From NCBI GenBank assembly GCA_951406725.2, contig OX597830.1, positions 60,264,001-60,328,000 on the forward strand: 64,000 bases of DNA. Direction: 5' to 3'. This stretch comes from Octopus vulgaris (Eukaryota). The notes beneath the pieces are model-generated. The model saw nothing but the letters and a program-made list of their open reading frames with translations, did not search any database and was not told the origin of the DNA. The first letter of the stretch is position 1. Every line of letters begins with the position of its first letter. Below, in pieces: positions 56,433-64,000 of the stretch. The translations under genes were made by a program, and so were the position numbers.

Positions 56433-56647
56433 AATAACGTCTTCGCCACCACTTATACTAGCGCCAACAGCATCACACCAACCATACATCGTTTTATATC
56501 ACTACGCACCATGCTACGTCGTGTATACCACACACACTCACTCTCTCTCTCTCTCTCTCTCTCTTTCACTCTCTCTCTCTCTTTCTTTCACTCTCTCTCT
56601 CCCTCTCACTCTCTCTCCCTCTCTTCCTTCCTCTCTTTTACAATATA

Positions 56648-56894
56648 TTCTTTTATTCTTTTATTTGTTTCAGTCATTTGACTGCAGCCATGCTGCAGCA
56701 CCGCCTTTAGTTGAGCAAATCGACATCAGGACTTATTCTTTGTAAGCATAGTACTTATTCTATCGGTCTGTTCTGCCGAACCGCTAGGTTACGGGGACGT
56801 AAACACACCACCATTAGTTGTTAAGCGATGTTGGGGGGACAAACACAGATGCACAAACATATAAAACATATAAACACACATACATATACATACA

Positions 56895-56985
<91 letters not shown>

Positions 56986-57098
56986 TTTTTCCTTCTACCA
57001 AATCCACTCACAAGGCTTTGGTTGGCTCGAAGCTATAGCAGAAGACATTTGCCCAAGGTGTCACGCAGTGGGACTGAACCCGGAACCATGTGGTTGGT
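56648..57098 (-). mobile_element. SINE A with truncated head
   Basis: Tail, body and internal microsatellite present. Confidence 0.85.
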
Positions 57099-57327
57099 GA
57101 CGATACCGGTATGACTTTGAATATCTTTAACAATTCAAAATAATACCTTTTATTCCTCTTAATTCTACCTCACTTTATCTAATTGTAGATATATATGTAT
57201 CGTTACTTTTCATTAAAAAGCCTTTATTTTTTATATATCCAAAGTGCATTTCGCTTTTTTCTTTTTACATTTTCTTTTTACATATCTATACCAAATGTAG
57301 ACTCTTTTCTCTTTGAAACCTATTTCC

Positions 57328-57380
<53 letters not shown>

Positions 57381-57384
<4 letters not shown>

Positions 57385-57783
57385 TTGTTATCGCCATATT
57401 AATATGGCAGTCTTATAGATATAAGACTAAAAGCTGTCGCTGATTAGCTCCATGAGGCCATCGCCTTAAGATAGCTATTTTACACACAAACTGTGTCCAT
57501 TATAACCTTCGAACAAGGGAGGTCAGCCGCTTCACACAGCTAGTCAGACAGCTACAGACGCGTTTCAGGGTATTTGCCCTTTGTCAATGTAGCGTAGTTA
57601 TAATGGACACAGTTTGTGTGTCAAATAGCTATCTTAAGGCGATGGTCTCATGGAGCTAATCAGCGACAGCTTTTAGTCTTATATCTATAAGACTGCCATA
57701 TTAATATGGCGATAACAATTAATTTCCAGTAACGCTGCCGTAATCTCTTTTAGAGAGACTTAGTAATTTTAATATTTCTATTA
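57381..57783. mobile_element. Second copy of the 361-bp hammerhead family, inverted arrangement, within (TA)n
   Basis: 57381-57506 and 57597-57722 are inverted repeats; homologous to 32510-32980. Confidence 0.8.
57551..57593 (-). ncRNA. Type I hammerhead ribozyme motif, U3:A8 core variant
   Basis: Reverse complement: GCTACA-TTGACAA-AGGG-caaata-CCCT-GAAA-CGCG-TC-TGTAGC. Confidence 0.75.
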
Positions 57784-57968
57784 TATATATATATATATGA
57801 ATTCACAACGACCTCGATCCCACAAGAGTAAACAAGAGAGACAGAGACAAGCAGAAACAAAAAAATGCCCCTTGTATTTGAATACTATGCAAATATTCTT
57901 TTAGAAAACTTTTCTTTTAATTTTTCTAAATTCTGTAACAATTAAACAATTTAATTGTTTAATTGTTA

Positions 57969-58004
57969 CAGTTGAAAAAGTGTCAATGACTGAAACCGGT
58001 ACTG
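57969..58004 (+). ncRNA. Minimal hammerhead motif, U3:A8 variant, different family
   Basis: CAG-TTGAAAA-AGT-gtcaatg-ACT-GAAA-CCGG-TA-CTG. Confidence 0.55.
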
Positions 58005-58054
58005 AAATATTTTTTATGAAATTATTTTAGCATTTTCTATCTTGACGTTTTTTC

Positions 58055-58090
<36 letters not shown>

Positions 58091-58097
<7 letters not shown>

Positions 58098-58995
58098 TAT
58101 CTGAAAAGTCTCGAGCCTCAAAAAAACAAAACATAGTATAAGACTTCTGATGATTTATATTTCAACATAATCCCTCTTGATGGCTGAACACTTTCTCCAG
58201 CAGTGCTGAAGCACCATTATTCCGGCGTAGATGAACTCTTTTGTTTGAGTCTCCAAGACATCATTGTCACTGGCAAAATGGCGAATAGATGAAAGTCAGA
58301 GGAGACTAAATCTGGTGAATAAGGCGGATGGGGAACAATTTCGTATCCACAATCACGAATTGTTGCTATGACAACCACTGAGGTGTGGGCTGGAGCATTG
58401 TAGTGATGAAAAAGGACTCCTCTGGTGAGCATTCCCGGCCTTTTTTCTTTGATTGCTTCTCGGAGGCGTTTTAGCAGCTGAGAATAATACAGTCCTGTCA
58501 CGGTGTGACCATTTTCAAAGTAATCGATCAGCAAGACACCTTGAGAATCCAAAAAAAAACTGATGCCATGACCTTGCCAGCTGAAGGAATGACCCTGGCC
58601 TTCTTTGGGGTAGGAAAAGATGAGTGCCTCCACTGCTTTGATTGTTCTTTGGTTTCAGGTTGGTAGTGATGAACGCAACTTTCGTCCATAGTAATGAAAC
58701 GAGCAAGAAAATTCTCTTCATCGGCTTCAAACAGTTTCAGATTGCTCGTGGACAAAGTGCACCTGGTGCGTTTCTGTTCAGGAGTCAAAAGGTGAGGGAC
58801 TCACCTTGTAGAGACCTTTGAAAACCCAAATTCTTTTGTCACAGTGTTGTCTGCTATTTCAGTTGAGATGCCCAGTCTCTCGGTTATCTGACGACATGGT
58901 ATTTGACGATCTTGCATTATCATACCAAGAGAAAGGTCAATGTTGTCCTTGGTGGTTGCAGTTGGAGGTCTCCCTGGTCTGTAATCATCTTCGAC
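58091..58995 (-). mobile_element. Decayed mariner (DD34D) transposon
   Basis: FITMDESCVHHYQPETKEQSKQW, SAGKVMASVF, HHYNAPAHTS, HPPYSPDLVSSDFHLF motifs; end CGAGGGGTATCTGAAAAGT. Confidence 0.88.
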
Positions 58996-59818
58996 ACTCT
59001 TAAATGTTCTCTTATATGTAAGTACACATTTATATGTAAGTACACATTTTACAAAGTCTTGTACGATTCAATTTCTATCAACCCTTTCACGCTTATTCGT
59101 TCATTTCACCCTTCGTTCTTTCGTCCCCCATCTCTCGCTTTTCTTTGCCTTCTCTTCTTACTATCCCCCCCCCCCACTTTTCACTTCACTATGTCCCTGT
59201 CATTTTTTTCTCACCCTTCCTTAATTCTTCTGTCCATCTGCTTCTACAACTCTCAGTCTCTTTTCTTTTCCCTCCTTAATTCTTTTGTTCCTCTGCTTCT
59301 ATTTTTCTCTCTCTTCTCTTCCCACGTGACCGATCGGTCTACTGTTCGCTCTCCCTGGGTCTGACCGTCCTCCGTGCAACATTGATATTCTTCCCTGTGA
59401 TGTGAAATATTTGTATCTCTGCCGTAAGGCTTCATTTCCCCACATGTCAGCTTAATTCAATTCGTCCTTAGTCGAAAGACACCTGTTGTTATGTCCTGTT
59501 ATTATTTTTATTGTATTTTTTTTAATTGTTTTTATATTTGTGTAACATTGTCCGTTTTTTCCGTCCTTGTTTTTGTATACGTTCGCTGCTTTCTTCCAAG
59601 TAATCTAATGCTCTTAACTTAGTTTTTCCTTGGGGCTGGCCAGATTGGAGCAATCTCAAGAATAATCAGCCAAAGTTGCGAGGATAATCTGGTGCTTGAC
59701 TGAGGAAAGAAAACTTCAAATGACCCATCCTTGTTTTCTTTGTATCGTCTATCTGGATGTTCTGTCCCTTTTTGTATTACCTAGCTGCCCAGATGTTTTG
59801 CGTTCTTGTCCGTTTTTG

Positions 59819-59879
<61 letters not shown>

Positions 59880-60297
59880 AATTGAGATAGGGGTTGTAAA
59901 TGCAACCCTCCATGAGATAACAAATATCCAATATACTGCTAGTGAAGTACCCAACAAAGTTAATACATAAATGTTAATGATTGCGATGCAATCAATTTAT
60001 TTACTGTATTATATGGGCAAAGGTAAAATGTTTTACCACAAATTCATAATACAAAATAAGAAAATGGAGAAATACATCTAGATCAAATATCAATTACCAG
60101 ATAATACTCAATCACATACTTTATTAAACCACCACATAAGAGACTGTAGGGTTAAATATAAAAAGCAGAACAAATCAGTGTACATAAAGGAGTGTACATA
60201 AAAAAGTGTACATAAAAGAGTAATGTTGTATAATAAGTAGAATATATATGAAAGCGAATATAAATATAAGTAAATATAAGTATAGATTATAGATTAC

Positions 60298-60424
60298 ATC
60301 TTACAGCTGTTTCGGCCATGTAGATAAGTATGTCTCATTTTACCAATATTAGCCCTTTATGGTTGGTCAATATATAGATATAAATGAGACATTTACAAAA
60401 ATATCATAAGGCCTCTTCGGAGAT
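60298..60424 (-). ncRNA. Hammerhead motif with very long stem II insertion
   Basis: Reverse complement: ATCT-CCGAAGA-GGCC-[~92 nt including ATGTCTCATTT/AAATGAGACAT helix]-GGCC-GAAA-CAGCTG-TA-AGAT. Confidence 0.55.
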
Positions 60425-60717
60425 TATGTAATATAACTCAGTCTACATATATACCCACATGGGTGTGGGTGCATACCCACAATACAACATATACATATAC
60501 ATATGAGTGCATATACTCACACTCTTATACATATAAAAATATAAAATATACATTATTTATTTATACCATTATGTAAATGTATTTCGAGAAAAAAATTTTA
60601 TCAATGGCCAGCATATCAAAAAATACCTTTAAAGGTTAAATTTATAAATAATTTACAAAATAAGACCAAAAGAAAAATTCTAATGCCAAATATGTCGAAA
60701 AAAGACAAAATTGTAAG

Positions 60718-60767
<50 letters not shown>

Positions 60768-60769
60768 GC

Positions 60770-60822
<53 letters not shown>

Positions 60823-60931
60823 ATGTGTACGTGTTTCTGTCTGTTTGTTTCCCACCACTGCGAGACAACCGGCGTCCGTGTGTTTACGTCCCTGTAACTT
60901 AGCAGTTCGGCAAAGGTGCCGATAGAATAAG

Positions 60932-61540
60932 CCACGGAAGTGTGAAGTTCTTCCGTTTTGTCCAGAAGATTTTCCTTCCCTCCCGCAGCCTTTGGATCCT
61001 TCGGCGGGCAACCATTGTTGCCCACCTTTCTTTTTTCCCTTTTTTTCGAGGAGGTCCCCACCTCTTCGACTACCTTCATCTCTCCCTCCAATGGGGGAGT
61101 GGGGGGTGCTACTTTTAATAACTGATCTAGGACCTTATCTTGGTCCTGGGGACAGTTCTTTTTAATGTGGCCCGGTTCCAGGCACATGTGACACTTGGGG
61201 GCGGGGGCGTCTCTCAAGAATCACCGGGTACCTGCACCCGACCATTTAAAAAACTAGATTCTTGGCTGATTGGGTCCACAGGGTCAAAACAGCTTTTGAC
61301 CCAACTCAATCAGCCGCAGGCAAAATTTTCACATTGAGGAGCTTGGCTCCGCTGCCATCCAAACCCCGGCGGATAGTTTCCTCTATCCACTCGGGTTCTA
61401 TCCCGGGTGACAACTCGCAGGCCCAAGCTCTTGTCAACTTCTTCCCACAATACGTGGAAAGGAGCAAAATCTCTTTGCCCTCCAAGGGCTGGCTCGCAAT
61501 TTAGCGAGCCTCCTCATGGGTGTCAAATAGCAACCACAGT
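60932..61540 (-). pseudogene. L1/Tx1-type ORF1 fragment with CCHC knuckle
   Basis: PKCHMCLEPGHIKKNCP; paralog of 30766-31640. Confidence 0.65.
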
Positions 61541-61678
61541 TTTACAGAAATATCTATTCTAAGATGTGTAATTAAACATTTTGCGTAATGATTGATTGAT
61601 TTTTAGTTTCAGCTCATGAGCTGTGGCCATGCTGGGGCACCGCCATTATAAATAAATCTGTTAAATATATATATATAC

Positions 61679-61729
<51 letters not shown>

Positions 61730-61748
61730 CATACATGTATATATATAT

Positions 61749-61785
<37 letters not shown>

Positions 61786-62325
61786 GTGTAATAAATAAAA
61801 TATATGCATACATACAAACATATATGTACGTACCTACATCTACATGTATATATACATGCATATATAAATATATATACGTGTGTACAGGACACCACAAATA
61901 GACGTAGAACTCAACGAGAAACGAAAAAGTAAAAACAGCATGGAACGGACCATTTTTTTAACAACGAAAAAACAGAGTACAAGACAACTACACAAGGAAA
62001 AATCCCCTTCATCAGCTGTCCCTAGTTCAACTCCAGCGTGTTTCGAAGGTGAGGACAGAACACGTCTCGTCGAAATAACCCTTCCTGCGAAAGAATTAAA
62101 TAAAATTCCTTTGCAGAGGGGTAAAAACAAGGAAAAAAATGTGACAAAAACAGGACGTAAAAACAATACAATTAAAAACAAATACAAAATATATACATGT
62201 ACATGTAGGTACGTATATATATGTTTGTATGTATGCATATATTTTATTTATTACACTATTGTATGACTGAGCGCCCTTGCGTCGATTCGATTCGTTTCGT
62301 TTCGTTTCTTCTTCTTCTCTAAGAT

Positions 62326-62390
<65 letters not shown>

Positions 62391-62637
62391 ATGGAAATGG
62401 TAAGACAACAAAAGAATGAAAGGGACCTCGATATTATGTAAATGGAGATAAAACAAATATATATATATATATATATATATTTTGCTGTGTCTGGGAAGAG
62501 TAATTTTTGTGCCTTATAATTTAACACACTCACCGGTAAAATTTCCACTTATTTCTTATTTTTATTTTCCTGAAATTTTCGTTGCGTCTTGCAACCTTTT
62601 CAATAGTCTTGACTATATATATAGTGAGAGGGAGAGA

Positions 62638-62686
<49 letters not shown>

Positions 62687-63299
62687 TGAGAGAGAGAGAG
62701 AGACAGACAGAGACAGAAAGAGAAATACACGCATAAACCTACAAATGTGTTGACAGACAGACAGACAGACAGGCATAGATATAGTCACAACAGACACAAG
62801 ACAGACACCAGACAAACAGACAGACTACACCACGTTCACAAAAATATAGGGAAACGCTGGAAACCTTATCATTCCTGTTTTCCTTTATCTCTGGTATTAT
62901 CAAAACTGCTACACCCAAACTTAACACCAACTCTACTCACCCCTTAACTCACAACACCTACCACCATAGCACCAGCCAAAACATCCCACCCCACCCCAAC
63001 GCCACCACCGCTCCGCTCGAAGGCGTGGTAAAAGCGCATTTTTTTCTATTTCGTTTCTGACGATAACTTCCACCGCCATCGGTCAGTGACTAGGTGTCAT
63101 TGAGTGCGTTTTTCTTCTTCGGTGTGAAATTTGTTACGTGTGTGTGAGTGCGTACGTGTGTGTGTGTGAGTGCGTACGTGTGTGTGTGTGAGTGTGTGTG
63201 TGCGTGAAGAACTATGGTGAGAGAGAGATGGGCTGTTGTGGTGGTGGTGTGAGCTGCCATATGACGTGGGCATGTGTCACTATGTTTTTTGCGTACTTG

Positions 63300-64000
63300 T
63301 ACGTAGGTGTATGTATGTATGCATGTATGTATGTATGTATGTGTGTATGTATGTATGTATGTACGTATGTATGCATGTATGTATGTATGAATGTATGTAT
63401 GTATGTATGTATGTATGTATGTATGTATGTATGTACGTATGTATGTATGTATGTATGTATGTATGTATGTATGTATGTATGTGTGTGTGTATGTATGTAT
63501 GTATGTATGTATGTATGTACGTATGTATGTATGTATGTATGTATGTATGTATGTATGTATGTGTGTATGTATGTATGTATGTATGTACGTACGTATGTAT
63601 GTATGTATGTATGTATGTGTGTATGTATGTATGTATGTATGTATGTATGTGTGTGTGTATGTATGTATGTATGTATGTATGTATGTATGTATGTATGTAT
63701 GTATGTATGTATGTACGTATGTATGTATGTATGTATGTATGTATGTATGTATGTGTGTATGTATGTATGTATGTATGTATGTATGTATGTATGTATGTAT
63801 GTATGTATGTATGTATGTATGTATGTATGTATGTATGTATGTATGTATGTGTGTATGTATGTATGTATGTATGTATGTACGTGTATGTATGTACGTACGT
63901 ATGTATGTATGTATGTATGTATGTATGTATGTATGTATGTATGTATGTATGTATGTATGTACGTACGTACGTATGTATGTATGTATGTATGTATGTATGT
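63300..64000. repeat. (GTAT)n array running off the window end
   Basis: Direct inspection. Confidence 0.95.

Overview
AT-rich, repeat-saturated eukaryotic DNA with no recognisable host exon. It is most likely an octopus intron or intergenic block; this is an inference from the SINE families and microsatellite density and was not database-checked. Almost all long ORFs in the track are microsatellite artefacts. The real content is nested transposon debris: tRNA-derived SINEs (two main families and a minor third), R4/Dong-type LINE fragments in (TAA)n, RTE and L1/Tx1-type fragments, Tc1/mariner elements (DD34D, DD36E, DD37D, rosa-like), a GG-ended MITE with 8-bp TSDs, a non-autonomous Helitron and Penelope GIY-YIG remnants. 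The main hidden signal is a set of about a dozen minimal type-I hammerhead ribozyme motifs in short non-coding direct or inverted repeats. These include a ~361-bp tandem, retrozyme-like family whose core carries a compensatory U3:A8 pair, with covarying stems I and III between its two copies, and variants with greatly extended stem II. Several templated-repair scars are also visible.
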